A DNA stretch of 64,000 nucleotides from an uncultured Candidatus Saccharibacteria bacterium (GCA_964428845.1 CAYRZH010000001.1:138990-202989), one strand, 5' to 3'; counted from the stretch's first letter, positions 17,701-27,557 are shown. The notes: generated by a model from the letters alone, not told the origin. A program made the numbers and translations.

Positions 17701-17739
17701 AGGCGTATTGTACCATGTCTTAAAAATCTGTAGTAATGT

Positions 17740-18210
17740 GTGGTAATGAAGGATTTTTGTATCATTCTCGCCGACATAAGGAGTGTGTATAACGTTGGGT
17801 CTGTGTTTCGTACTGCGGATGCTGTAGGGGCAACAAAAGTCTTTCTGACGGGCTATACTCCAGCCCCACTAGATCGTTTTGGTCGAGAAAGGAAAGATAT
17901 CTCGAAGGTTGCGCTTGGAGCAGAGAAAACTGTTTCTTGGGAGCATGTTCCAGATCCGGTCGTTCTTATAAAAAGACTTCATAAGCTCGGCTTCGAAATT
18001 GTTTCCGTAGAGCAAAGTGGAAAATCTATAAACTACAAGGAATTTAAACCGAGAGCCAAAACAGCTTTCGTTTTTGGTAATGAAACCAAAGGGCTACCAG
18101 AAGAAATTCTTAAGGAAAGCGACTCTGTAATCGAAATACCGATGCGTGGTACAAAAGAATCTTTAAACGTTTCCGTGTCGGTCGGTGTTATTCTCTTTGA
18201 ATATCTTTGA
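17740..18210 (+). CDS. SpoU/TrmH-family RNA 2'-O-methyltransferase (TrmL-like)
   Basis: SPOUT motifs: VGSVFRTADAVGA, FVFGNETKGL, SLNVSVSVGVILFE. Confidence 0.75.
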   Translation: MVMKDFCIILADIRSVYNVGSVFRTADAVGATKVFLTGYTPAPLDRFGRERKDISKVALGAEKTVSWEHVPDPVVLIKRLHKLGFEIVSVEQSGKSINYKEFKPRAKTAFVFGNETKGLPEEILKESDSVIEIPMRGTKESLNVSVSVGVILFEYL

Positions 18211-18216
18211 CGAAAA

Positions 18217-19173
18217 CTAGTAGCTATAGGTATCAACGATTTTACCGACAGAGTCTATGAGTTGAATCGTATCACGATCCTTGAGCCAGTTATTTCTTGC
18301 GGATTTTGGAAATACTCGCCACTCGGATCGGTAGAAATCTCTGTCATTCTTGTGAAGTGCCACACAAGCGTTGTAATTTATCTGGTTTCGAATGTAATAT
18401 TCACAGTCGTATGAGAGAGTATCGGGAATGTCGTTGGTTTCCGGTGCTTCACACTGTGGCAGTCTCTCTATAAAATCCAAGCATTCTTCGTTGAAGCCCA
18501 CTGAAAGCGGAGGTAAGTTCTCGCTCGGAGCTGGGCAAGCTCTTTCTAGGCTTGGCACAAAGTTTTCATTTTGATCAAAATATCCAGTGCACTTGTTTGT
18601 TCTAAAAGAAACATTTATCGGTGATGGTATTTGAGTTACAACGACTTTTCCTCTAGCTGGGAGGTATATAGGTTCCTCGTTTTGAAAGTTGGGGTAGGGG
18701 AGATTCGATGCTCCACCGATAATTTGTTCTGCACCTGTTATGGCACTACGCAACTTCCAGCCTGTAATTAGTATTGGTTCTTCGATTCTGTTTGTTGCCG
18801 AAAATCTTATGTACGATCTAAAGTTTCCCGGTCTCGACACCGTACTGATGCTGACCTTGTCTTTATAGACAGAGGCATTTCTGTTTTCAATGAACTTGTC
18901 TATAGTGATTTTCAAATCGTCAGCTTGTCTAGAGACTTTATTGATTTCTCTCGAGAGACTGGTCTGTCGTCCGGAAGAGCTACTGTCACCGTTGTAGATG
19001 CCACTACTGGTTGAGACGGGGTTTCCACTAAAGCCTCCTCCTTTGAAAATAGCGCCGCCAGTAGAAATGCCGATCACGATGATCGCAATTATTATCAAAA
19101 TTCCAACTGCGTTGCTACTCATTTTATTTGAAAAGCTTTTGGTGCTCGGAGCAGAAATGTCCACTTCTGCCAC
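18217..19173 (-). CDS. membrane-anchored extracytoplasmic hypothetical protein
   Basis: N-terminal TM (SNAVGILIIIAIIVIGIST), Ser/Gly-rich linker, Cys-containing C-terminal domain. Confidence 0.35.
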   Translation of the reverse strand: MAEVDISAPSTKSFSNKMSSNAVGILIIIAIIVIGISTGGAIFKGGGFSGNPVSTSSGIYNGDSSSSGRQTSLSREINKVSRQADDLKITIDKFIENRNASVYKDKVSISTVSRPGNFRSYIRFSATNRIEEPILITGWKLRSAITGAEQIIGGASNLPYPNFQNEEPIYLPARGKVVVTQIPSPINVSFRTNKCTGYFDQNENFVPSLERACPAPSENLPPLSVGFNEECLDFIERLPQCEAPETNDIPDTLSYDCEYYIRNQINYNACVALHKNDRDFYRSEWRVFPKSARNNWLKDRDTIQLIDSVGKIVDTYSY

Positions 19174-20038
19174 CGACTTTTATCCTTGATATTGTACCAT
19201 CGCAGCCTTTTTTGCGGCAGTGTTCGCCTGTGCGTTGATAGACATTGTGCTTGTGTTGAAATCGACCCCGTTCACCTCGAATATTCCTGTAGTCAGACAT
19301 CGAGTCACCTCCAAAATCAATGCCCATCTTGAGAACTTTTTTCATGGCGGCGAAAAGTTTCTTAAGTTGTGCGGGTGGAATTTTTGACGGTTTCGAACTC
19401 GGATGAATACCAGCGAGCCAAAGCATCTCATCCGAGTAAATATTTCCAATACCGGCGATGAGAGACTGGTCCATCAGGATTTGTTTTATCTTTCCACTCG
19501 GGCGCTTCAGTAGGCGACTTTTAAAAATCTCAAAATTAAAATCTTTCTCGAGTGGTTCGGGACCGATATCCTTTAAATCAAGACTTTCGTGACGCTTTTC
19601 TGTTTCTATGAGAGTAACCTTGGCGAATTTCCGCAGATCAGAGAGAGCAAGGTGGCGGCCATTTGAAAACGTTAGCAAAAAATGTATCCATTTGTTGAAA
19701 GGATCGTCTCGGAGCGGACCGGTCTCGGTCGCGACCCACGTTTTACCCTTTTTTTCATATTTTCCATAAAGTAAATGTCCGGTCATTTTCATATGAACAA
19801 GTATGGTGTAGCCACTTGAGAGGTGAATCAGTACATTTTTTGCGCGACGAGTAACTGACGTGACCTTCTTTCCAACAACGTGGCTTTTAAATTTTTTGAA
19901 AAAGGCCGTGTCTTTTATATTCGACTTGCCTTTGTGGTAAGGGCCACCGTAGTCGGTCCATACGTCAGTGATAGCGAGGTGGGGGAGGACTTTTTGTAGA
20001 CCAGTGGCGGTGGTATGAACTTCGGGGAGCTCGGGCAT
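19124..20038 (-). CDS. mutM: formamidopyrimidine-DNA glycosylase (Fpg/MutM)
   Basis: Start MPELPEVHT (catalytic Pro2/Glu3). C-terminal zinc finger CRKKGC...GGRSGHFCSEHQ. The listed ORF start at 20122 is an upstream extension. Confidence 0.85.
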   Translation of the reverse strand: MPELPEVHTTATGLQKVLPHLAITDVWTDYGGPYHKGKSNIKDTAFFKKFKSHVVGKKVTSVTRRAKNVLIHLSSGYTILVHMKMTGHLLYGKYEKKGKTWVATETGPLRDDPFNKWIHFLLTFSNGRHLALSDLRKFAKVTLIETEKRHESLDLKDIGPEPLEKDFNFEIFKSRLLKRPSGKIKQILMDQSLIAGIGNIYSDEMLWLAGIHPSSKPSKIPPAQLKKLFAAMKKVLKMGIDFGGDSMSDYRNIRGERGRFQHKHNVYQRTGEHCRKKGCDGTISRIKVGGRSGHFCSEHQKLFK

Positions 20039-20138
20039 GGTGGTGAAAAGGATAGCATATCTAAGTCTTTGATAAGCAGCAGGTTGCATTTGACAAAACT
20101 CGTTGGATCTATTAGAGTGCAAACGGAAATAGGCCAGC

Positions 20139-20687
20139 GTGGCTTATTACAATTCGCCATGTGAATCGGGAGAAAATGCCTTGGAAAACAACCCAATCGA
20201 TTGGTTTCTGGAAAGGAGTCGTTTTTTAAAGGGCTCGGTTGCTTTGGGGGTTTTGGTCTTTGTCGGCCTGATCATTTTCCGTGCTCTCTGGGTGACCTCT
20301 ATTGATAACTACGAATTGGGCTTTGTGTTCAACCGGTCAACCGGTAAGATTCAGACGATCGACCGAAAGGGGTGGGTCATCTATACGCCCATCAAGTACT
20401 CGGTCCACACGATCGACCTCAGGCCCTACCAGGTGTCTATTAGTGCGAACTCTCGAATCTTGAATGCCAAGCTCGTGCGCTTCAATCCCGACGGATTGGA
20501 TACATTTGTCGAGTGGCATGGTCGGGATGCGGGAGACCTAACGCCAAACCTTCTTGAGATATTGAAATCCTATGCATTTGCCACAGATGGGGGAAAGAAT
20601 TGCCCATTTCTTACTGTGGTGAGTGAGCTTAGTGGGCTTTCTTCAACACCCATGACAAATGTTGTGGAGAAAGAGAACAACAAGTGA
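20139..20687 (+). CDS. SPFH/band-7-like N-terminal domain membrane protein (paralog 1)
   Basis: TM followed by YELGFVFNRSTGKIQTIDRKGWVIYTPIKYSVHTIDLRPYQVSI, resembling the SPFH domain start. Paralogous to the next ORF. Confidence 0.35.
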   Translation: MAYYNSPCESGENALENNPIDWFLERSRFLKGSVALGVLVFVGLIIFRALWVTSIDNYELGFVFNRSTGKIQTIDRKGWVIYTPIKYSVHTIDLRPYQVSISANSRILNAKLVRFNPDGLDTFVEWHGRDAGDLTPNLLEILKSYAFATDGGKNCPFLTVVSELSGLSSTPMTNVVEKENNK

Positions 20688-21148
20688 AAGCTTTCAGGGC
20701 GCTTCTTCGGAACCGGTCGGTCCGACTGATCCTGGTCTTCTCGAGCTTGACCCTGATTCTCTACAAAAGCTTCATTGGTCACGTCGAGGTGGCCCATATC
20801 GGGGTAGCAAGAAACCTCTTTACGGGCGAGATCAAGGTTCAGCAACCAGGTTGGCATGTCACAGCGCCATGGGTATGGGTTCCGAAAATAGATACTCGGC
20901 CAATGCGAGTGTCTGTGGACTCGGCCGGCCATGGGTATAGTGCCAAACTGGTTCAGTTCGACCCTGATGCGGTGCAGGAGTTTGTAAGGACTGAGGGGTG
21001 GTACTTCTATTGGTGGGCCAACCGTTTTTCCTTCAACTTCGGCTACAAGGAAGAGCATCGAGGTATGAGGGATGTCCTTCGGGGGTATGCGTACGGAGCG
21101 AAAAAATACCCATTCATCAGAATATTGGAGGAGAATGTGGGTGAATAA
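20684..21148 (+). CDS. SPFH/band-7-like N-terminal domain membrane protein (paralog 2)
   Basis: IDTRPMRVSV/AKLVQFDP/FVRTEGW are collinear with IDLRPYQVSI/AKLVRFNP/FVEWHGR of the upstream ORF. Start overlaps its stop (ATGA). Confidence 0.35.
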   Translation: MKAFRALLRNRSVRLILVFSSLTLILYKSFIGHVEVAHIGVARNLFTGEIKVQQPGWHVTAPWVWVPKIDTRPMRVSVDSAGHGYSAKLVQFDPDAVQEFVRTEGWYFYWWANRFSFNFGYKEEHRGMRDVLRGYAYGAKKYPFIRILEENVGE

Positions 21149-21192
21149 GCTCATCACAACCCTCGACTCATCGTAATTATCCAGTCAGCAGG

Positions 21193-22482
21193 TCATACTT
21201 GCTGGCTGGTTTTATTTTTTAAAACCTTCTCCAACTCCTCGCGTACCACCCTCGCATCACTCCATGGAGTTTTTGTACCTTTCGGCCCCATGATATATGG
21301 GTCTGTACCTTTCCCAGAGATGAGTACGGCATCGCCAGCTTTAGCTAGGGAAACTGCCCGACCGATCGCCTCGCGCCTATCCATGATTATTTCACAATGT
21401 TTTTTTGTAATAGCGGCTCTCATTTCGTCCACGATTTTTTTCGGATCTTCGTCGTAGGGGTCCTCGTTTGTAAGAATGATGTGGTCACAGTAAGTATCGG
21501 CGATTTTTGCCATTTCTGGACGTTTCCACGTGTCGCGGCCGCCGCCAGTGTTTCCCAAAATGCATATTTTCCGCTGTGATGGAAACGCTTGGTAAAGTTT
21601 CTCGAGTGAGTCGGCAGTATGAGCGTAGTCGACGACCACAGTGAAATCTTGCCCGGCATCGATACGCTCGACGCGCCCCTTTATTTCGCCGAACTTTTCC
21701 ACCGCTCGCCGTATGGTGTCAGTGTCGATGCCGATAGTCGAAGCACAAGTGGCCGCGGCGAGAACATTGTATAGATTAAAAAGTCCAGTAAGAGGTGATT
21801 TCATTTTTTCGCCACGGAAAGTGAAAGTGAAGCCACCTTTAGGATTTTGGTGGGAGGTTTCGTCTTGAAAAATTTCATATGGTTTTGCATCGGCAAGTGA
21901 GTATTTGATCTTGTTTTCTACATCTAGTGCCAAAAATCTCCCGGCCTCTGCGTCATCCGCGTTTAAAAAAAGATATTTTTTAGGTTTATGTGAGGACTCG
22001 AGGGCACGAGCGATTGAAATTTTCATGTCTCGATACTTTTCATACGAGCCATGCGACTCTATATGCTCGGGAGAAAGATTGGTGAAGATGAGCGCATCAA
22101 GATCTATCCATTTATTTCTAAACTGTCTCGCGCCTTCGGACGTGATCTCGATCACAGCATGGGTACAGTCTGCGTTTACCGCCCGGCGCAGAAAATATTG
22201 CATAAAAAAACGCCCAGGCATCGACATTTTATATAGATTTGGGCGGGATTTGTCGCCAACCTTGAAGCGAATGGTGTTTGAGAGGGCGGTTTTGTATCCA
22301 GCCTCCTCAAGAATTGCATTTAAAATTTCTGTTGTGCTCGATTTACCTTTCGTGCCAGTGACACCGATGACAAATAGCGAACGAGAGGGAAGTCGATAAA
22401 TAATCGCTCCAAGCAAAGCCAGCTTGTAATGATAAATCCGAAAAACAAACTTCGGTATTAATTTTTTGATTCTGCGCAGCAT
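21193..22482 (-). CDS. murE: Mur ligase family protein (MurE-like; N-terminal UDP-binding domain apparently absent)
   Basis: GVTGTKGKSST, TNLSPEHIESHGSYEKY, VVVDYAHTADSLE, ILTNEDPYDEDP, DRREAI...ISGKGTDPY follow the MurE order. Begins with a hydrophobic N-terminus. Confidence 0.65.
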   Translation of the reverse strand: MLRRIKKLIPKFVFRIYHYKLALLGAIIYRLPSRSLFVIGVTGTKGKSSTTEILNAILEEAGYKTALSNTIRFKVGDKSRPNLYKMSMPGRFFMQYFLRRAVNADCTHAVIEITSEGARQFRNKWIDLDALIFTNLSPEHIESHGSYEKYRDMKISIARALESSHKPKKYLFLNADDAEAGRFLALDVENKIKYSLADAKPYEIFQDETSHQNPKGGFTFTFRGEKMKSPLTGLFNLYNVLAAATCASTIGIDTDTIRRAVEKFGEIKGRVERIDAGQDFTVVVDYAHTADSLEKLYQAFPSQRKICILGNTGGGRDTWKRPEMAKIADTYCDHIILTNEDPYDEDPKKIVDEMRAAITKKHCEIIMDRREAIGRAVSLAKAGDAVLISGKGTDPYIMGPKGTKTPWSDARVVREELEKVLKNKTSQQV

Positions 22483-22518
22483 AATCTCAATAAGGTGTAT
22501 TCTTCCTTTTCAATCTTT

Positions 22519-23130
22519 TTATTTACTACCACTCAAAATTTTCAAGGCTTGTTTCACTTTTTCTCCAGCACTAAGCTCTCCCTCCCCACTTCCGTGTTGA
22601 CCAACTTTTCCATCACCTTTTGGCAATTTTTTCAAAGCCTCACGTGCCTCTCGCTCGGCGTATCCAAGAGATTTTAGTGCTTCGAGCGCATCAGCTTCGC
22701 CTCTCAAAGGACTTCCGGCCTCATGTTCTACTGTCTCAAATTTATCACGAAGTTCCAAAATTATTTTCTCCGCAATTTTTCTTCCGATGCCATGGACTTT
22801 TGTAAGATAAGAGACGTCACCTGTCGAAATGGCTTGCTGTAGAGTTTTTACTCCAGCCACATTTAAAACGCCAAGAGCAATTTTTGGACCGATCCCAGAG
22901 ATAGCAATGAGAAGTTCAAAAAAATTTAGAGACTCTTTTTCTTTAAAGCCATATAGATCGAGGACATCTTCGCGCACGACAAGGTGTGTCCAGAGACCGA
23001 CAGAGGAGTCAATCTTTAGCTCATTGAGTACCGTTTCGGTGCTCGAAACTTTGTAACCGACACCGTTCACGTCAAGAATGAGGAAACGATTCTCCTTGTA
23101 GCGCACCTTACCCTCGAGAAAAGAAATCAT
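22519..23130 (-). CDS. ruvA: Holliday junction DNA helicase subunit RuvA
   Basis: MISFLEGKV...NGVGYKV OB-fold start. HhH region GIGPKIALGVL. C-terminal domain III. Confidence 0.85.
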   Translation of the reverse strand: MISFLEGKVRYKENRFLILDVNGVGYKVSSTETVLNELKIDSSVGLWTHLVVREDVLDLYGFKEKESLNFFELLIAISGIGPKIALGVLNVAGVKTLQQAISTGDVSYLTKVHGIGRKIAEKIILELRDKFETVEHEAGSPLRGEADALEALKSLGYAEREAREALKKLPKGDGKVGQHGSGEGELSAGEKVKQALKILSGSK

Positions 23131-23192
23131 TTCTGCATCATAGCAAAATTTGCCCACCCTTGCGATATATGTTAGGATTCCTCAATCAAAAT

Positions 23193-23453
23193 ATGCCGAT
23201 AACAGATTCCGCCAAAAAAGCCGTTAGAAATTCAGCGCGCAAGCGCAACTTTAATCTCGTGAGAAAAACCACCATGGTTTCTCTTGTAAAGAAGATAAAA
23301 AAGATTGCAAAAGAAGGGAAAATAGAGGAAGCCAAGAAGCTTTTTCCTGAAGTCCAACAGGCAATAGACAAAGCAGTCAAAACTCATTTGATAGACGCGA
23401 ACACCGGAGCGAGAAAGAAATCTAGAATCGCTAAACTTTTTAAGAAAGCGTAG
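23193..23453 (+). CDS. rpsT: 30S ribosomal protein S20
   Basis: MPITDSAKKAVRNSARKRNFN... with a basic C-terminus typical of S20. The listed ORF start 23160 is an upstream extension. Confidence 0.85.
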   Translation: MPITDSAKKAVRNSARKRNFNLVRKTTMVSLVKKIKKIAKEGKIEEAKKLFPEVQQAIDKAVKTHLIDANTGARKKSRIAKLFKKA

Positions 23454-23493
23454 GGAGTAGGCACATCCAGAGATTTTCTGACACTACAGGTTA

Positions 23494-23518
23494 ACAAAAA
23501 ACCCACAAGATCGTGGGC
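23494..23518. terminator. bidirectional terminator hairpin (aaacccac-aagatc-gtgggcgtg)
   Basis: Stem-loop between convergent rpsT and the 90-aa minus-strand ORF. Confidence 0.45.
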
Positions 23519-23536
23519 GTGTAAAAACTGAACTTT

Positions 23537-23809
23537 TCATCCTTCGGCAGAAGCTGACTGCGGGGTCGACTGGGGTGTGGTTTCAGGTTTGCCGACCTTG
23601 AAAGGCAGAACGACCTCCTTTTCTGGCTTGAAGGGCTTGGAGGCACTCATGATCATGACCTTTTTGCCAGCTGCGGCGGCCTCACAGTGGACGGCAAAGA
23701 TAGAAATCGCCACCCTGATCACCTCGGCGACAGAGGTCCCACTTATTGTCGCCAATCTTTTGACCTCTGCCCACATCGTGTTCGTAAACTCAACTCTGGA
23801 AGATTCCAT
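23537..23809 (-). CDS. hypothetical 90-aa protein (possible ribbon-helix-helix regulator)
   Basis: ORF only. Weak resemblance to small DNA-binding proteins. Confidence 0.25.
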   Translation of the reverse strand: MESSRVEFTNTMWAEVKRLATISGTSVAEVIRVAISIFAVHCEAAAAGKKVMIMSASKPFKPEKEVVLPFKVGKPETTPQSTPQSASAEG

Positions 23810-24013
23810 CCTGGCCTCCTTTGGTGGTGGTTTTAGGACGAAGAATTGACCCGCATAACTATAACACGTTGGAGATATAAATCAAGTATTTGGCAGGCAG
23901 AGTCTGGTAATAAATGGGGGCGGGGGATGATTGTCTATGGTATTAATATTTGGGGAAAGACACTGCACACAGTACAAAATTTGTGGTTTTGCTCTTGCTA
24001 TAATTAGATCAAC

Positions 24014-25765
24014 ATGAAAAAACTCATTGTCCTTCTTTTGTTTTTTTGTTTCTCCGCAGTCCCTGCTATGGCGCAGGATGTTGGTCAAGATGAGCGTATC
24101 GATAGCTACCAAGTTTTGATCAGGGCAAACGCAGACGCGTCAGTCGATGTCAGAGAGACGATTCTCTATAATTTCGGCTCAAACGAACGGCATGGTATTT
24201 ACCGAGATATCCCCATTATTTACAAAACAAAATCGGGAAGAAAAGTAAAACTAGATCTTGAAAACATCATCGTTACAGACGGGTTTAATAATCCATACAT
24301 TTTTAGCACACGGGAGATCTCAAATAACAAACAAATCAAAATCGGAGACCCAAACTCTTATATAACAGGCCTTCATACCTACGTCATATCATATCGAGTC
24401 CCCGACGCCGTTGGTTTTTTCGATGATTTCGATGAAATATATTGGAATGCCGTAGGTACAAAATGGGAAGTGCCGATCTATAACGCGGATGTGACGGTCG
24501 AAGTTCCAGGGGATATGGTTACTCAATATGCCTGCTATGCGGGAGCGTCAGGATCGAACCAAAAATGTGACTCTGCCGCCGAACTCGGCGTTTCGAACTC
24601 CGGTCTCACTTCTTCAGTTAGGTTTTGGCAGGCGACCCTTGGTAGTCGCGAGGGATTCACGGTTGCTGTTGGGTTTCCAAAGGGTCTCGTCGTCGAGCCA
24701 CCAGCGAGCTCTAGAATTTTTAAGTCTGTGGTAAACAATTGGTGGTTCATTATCCCGATTATAGTTTTTGTATTGATGTACCGCCGGTGGAAGAAATATG
24801 GGAAGGATCCGAAGGGTACCGGCGTTATCGTGACCCAATACGGCCCTCCCGAGGATTTGTCGCCAATGCAGATCGCCTTCATACTAAAGCACTCTTTTGG
24901 TCTAGGAGCTTCTCTTTCAGCCGAGATTGTCTATCTTGCCACGCATGGTTTTTTGAAAATCTCCAAAACAACAAGAAAGGTAATTTTTGCCCCGGTAAAT
25001 GATTATGAATTAGAAAAACTAAAGGAGGCTGATGAGACACTAAAACCATTCCAGGCAAGACTACTGGGGGGACTCTTCTCGTCTCTTGGAACAATGGAAA
25101 ATAAGATAAAGATTTCAGATTTGAGACGTCACTTCCATGTCATCGCAAGAAAAATCGAGGAAGATTGCGAACTCTCGCTTATAAATGGAGGTTATTTTCC
25201 AGACACAAAGGACCACAGAATCTCGGGGCCATTAAGGTCAAAAATGGTAATAATTAGTTTCTCGATATTTTTAAATTTCTTAGTTGGTATGTTTGTTGGA
25301 ATACTTGCGGGAGCTCAGGCCTTTTTTGCACTCACCCTCTCCATTATTATTTGGACCGTGTTTAGAATCATAATGCCCCGAATGACAGAGAAAGGGGTTC
25401 TTACGAAAGAATATATAAAGGGTTTCAAGACCTATCTTTCAGTAGCAGAAAAGGACCGTTTGGCATTTCACAATGCCCCAGAAAGAAACCCAGAACAATT
25501 TGAAAAAATGCTACCGTACGCCATCGCCCTTGGTGTAGAAAGAGAATGGGCCAAAGTCTTCGAGGGCATAAATATTCCTCCACCGACATGGTACAGTGAT
25601 CCTAGCATCACGAGCTTTAATGCTGGAGCATTTGCCACCAGCGTATTGTCCTTTGCTGCGGCTGGTGGGGCTTCGCTATCTTCGTCCCCAGGCTCATCGA
25701 GTGGTTCTGGTGGTGGCGGATCATCTGGAGGTGGTGGAGGAGGTGGGGGAGGAGGGAGTTGGTAA
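24014..25765 (+). CDS. DUF2207-like large membrane protein with Gly/Ser-rich C-terminal tail
   Basis: Signal peptide, large extracellular N-terminal domain, several TM helices, and a GGGGSSGGGGGGGGGGSW tail. Confidence 0.5.
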   Translation: MKKLIVLLLFFCFSAVPAMAQDVGQDERIDSYQVLIRANADASVDVRETILYNFGSNERHGIYRDIPIIYKTKSGRKVKLDLENIIVTDGFNNPYIFSTREISNNKQIKIGDPNSYITGLHTYVISYRVPDAVGFFDDFDEIYWNAVGTKWEVPIYNADVTVEVPGDMVTQYACYAGASGSNQKCDSAAELGVSNSGLTSSVRFWQATLGSREGFTVAVGFPKGLVVEPPASSRIFKSVVNNWWFIIPIIVFVLMYRRWKKYGKDPKGTGVIVTQYGPPEDLSPMQIAFILKHSFGLGASLSAEIVYLATHGFLKISKTTRKVIFAPVNDYELEKLKEADETLKPFQARLLGGLFSSLGTMENKIKISDLRRHFHVIARKIEEDCELSLINGGYFPDTKDHRISGPLRSKMVIISFSIFLNFLVGMFVGILAGAQAFFALTLSIIIWTVFRIIMPRMTEKGVLTKEYIKGFKTYLSVAEKDRLAFHNAPERNPEQFEKMLPYAIALGVEREWAKVFEGINIPPPTWYSDPSITSFNAGAFATSVLSFAAAGGASLSSSPGSSSGSGGGGSSGGGGGGGGGGSW

Positions 25766-25818
25766 TATCGTTATACTCGCGCGTCCTCTCGGGCATAGCT
25801 TCCGCTACGCTCCAGCTA

Positions 25819-25890
25819 TGCCCTCGGCAGGAATCGAACCTGCATCACGAGTTCCGCAAACTCGCATTCTATCCATTGAACTACGAGGAC
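25819..25890 (-). tRNA. tRNA-Arg (anticodon GCG as read; unusual)
   Basis: Reverse complement: GTCCTCG-TA-GTTC-AATGGATA-GAAT-G-CGAGT-TTGCGGA-ACTCG-TGAT-GCAGG-TTCGATT-CCTGC-CGAGGGC-A. The 3' end is embedded in a 10-bp trailer hairpin at 25791-25823. Confidence 0.7.
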
Positions 25891-25909
25891 GATTCCGACC
25901 AGACTATCA

Positions 25910-26368
25910 TTAAAACCCCAAATATTCCATGGTCATCTGGATCAGCGGCTCGCTCTGCTCTTGTTCTGGAAGATGTTCGCGTAGAAAGTTTCTAATTTCC
26001 TCTGGACTTTCTTCTTCAGTTGCAATGACAATGTGTCCGACAAAAAGTTTCTTAGATCTCAAAAGTATTTTCGGGTAAGCATGAGTTTCCTCTACCCAGA
26101 AGGATTCTAGATTTTCGTAAGGGTAGAAAATTTTCCCGACCCTCACTCCTGCTTCGTTTATCTCAACTTCCATAACAGAAGGTTTTTTTGCTGCATAAAT
26201 CAAAAGAGAAAACGCGGCGAGAATGATGAGCACTCCGAGAAGCACATTGCCCAAAATAACTGCGGTCGCCGCAGCAGATACAGAGATTATTCCTACAGCC
26301 CAAAACCAGTCGGCGCCTTTCTCGCGATGATAATATTCTCTAGCCTCCCATCTGATAGGTGATTTCAC
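25910..26368 (-). CDS. hypothetical membrane protein
   Basis: Two TM helices followed by a soluble C-terminal domain. No motif. Confidence 0.3.
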   Translation of the reverse strand: MKSPIRWEAREYYHREKGADWFWAVGIISVSAAATAVILGNVLLGVLIILAAFSLLIYAAKKPSVMEVEINEAGVRVGKIFYPYENLESFWVEETHAYPKILLRSKKLFVGHIVIATEEESPEEIRNFLREHLPEQEQSEPLIQMTMEYLGF

Positions 26369-26400
26369 GATAATATTGTAACATGGTGATCATATAGAAT

Positions 26401-27450
26401 ATGAACAACAGAAAGTCCCAACTGTTCTTTCTCCTGGCGCTCATCTTGGGAACCCTCGTTCTCTCATTTTTCATATTTAAACCCTTCATATACGCCGTGG
26501 TTTTAGCCCTCGTCTTTGCCGTTGTCTTTTCTCCGATCTACAAAAGAATACTGGCGGCAACCGGTGGACTCAAAGGTCTCTCGGCACTCTTGAGTACCAT
26601 ACTCATCCTTGCCATCATTCTCATTCCACTTGTTTTCCTGGGTGCCCAAATATTTGAGGAGTCCCGACAGCTATATTTCTCCGTTACCGCTCAAGGCGAA
26701 GATGGGGGCACGGTCAGCAATATTTCTGCTTATCTGGGCGATTTTGACAAATTTCTCCCAGCCTCTATTTCCAGTGAATTTTCTCTTGACCTTGAACAGT
26801 ACATGAGGCGCGGCTTGGAATGGATTCTTGGTCACTTGAGTTCTGTCTTTTCCAACATCGCAAAAGTGATTGTCGGCTTTTTCATATTCCTACTCTCGCT
26901 CTACTATCTGCTCAAAGACGGAACCAAACTAAAAAAAGCTGTTATCTATCTAAGTCCACTGCGCGATATCAACGACGAAATGATATTCAAGCGTCTCGAG
27001 GTAGCTATAAATTCGGTCATTAAGGGAAGTGTCATCATTGCAGTCATCCAGGGAGCGCTCACATCCGTTGGCTTTATGATATTTGGTGTTCCAAACGCGG
27101 TACTCTGGGGTTCTCTCGCTGCCGTAACCGCCCTTATCCCAGGCATAGGAACCTCTTTGGTTTTGATCCCAGCCATTATTTTCCTTTTTATCAACGGTGC
27201 GACTTTGTCGGCGGTCGGGTTGTTGGTCTGGGGAGTGCTTGCGGTCGGACTTGTCGACAACTTTCTTGGGCCAAAGCTTATCGGCCGCGGGGTGGAGCTC
27301 CACCCATTTCTCATTCTGACATTTGCTCTTGGTGGTATTACTCTATGGGGTCCTGTCGGGTTCCTTCTAGGTCCATTTGTCTTGAGCCTTCTTTTTACAC
27401 TTTTCGATATATATATGTCGCTCGCCAAGGAGAGGGAAAGACCGATTTAA
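26401..27450 (+). CDS. AI-2E family transporter (UPF0118/PerM-like)
   Basis: Eight hydrophobic helices. Typical length and Gly-rich C-terminal helices of AI-2E/YdiK proteins. Confidence 0.7.
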   Translation: MNNRKSQLFFLLALILGTLVLSFFIFKPFIYAVVLALVFAVVFSPIYKRILAATGGLKGLSALLSTILILAIILIPLVFLGAQIFEESRQLYFSVTAQGEDGGTVSNISAYLGDFDKFLPASISSEFSLDLEQYMRRGLEWILGHLSSVFSNIAKVIVGFFIFLLSLYYLLKDGTKLKKAVIYLSPLRDINDEMIFKRLEVAINSVIKGSVIIAVIQGALTSVGFMIFGVPNAVLWGSLAAVTALIPGIGTSLVLIPAIIFLFINGATLSAVGLLVWGVLAVGLVDNFLGPKLIGRGVELHPFLILTFALGGITLWGPVGFLLGPFVLSLLFTLFDIYMSLAKERERPI

Positions 27451-27557
27451 TTTTCTTGCAATTGGTGAGTTTCTGGGTAGTATTTTGTCAGAGCACCTAC
27501 GTTGGTGCCTTGTTTTTTGTAAACACAAACGTCTAACGACGAAAGGGAAAAGAAGCC

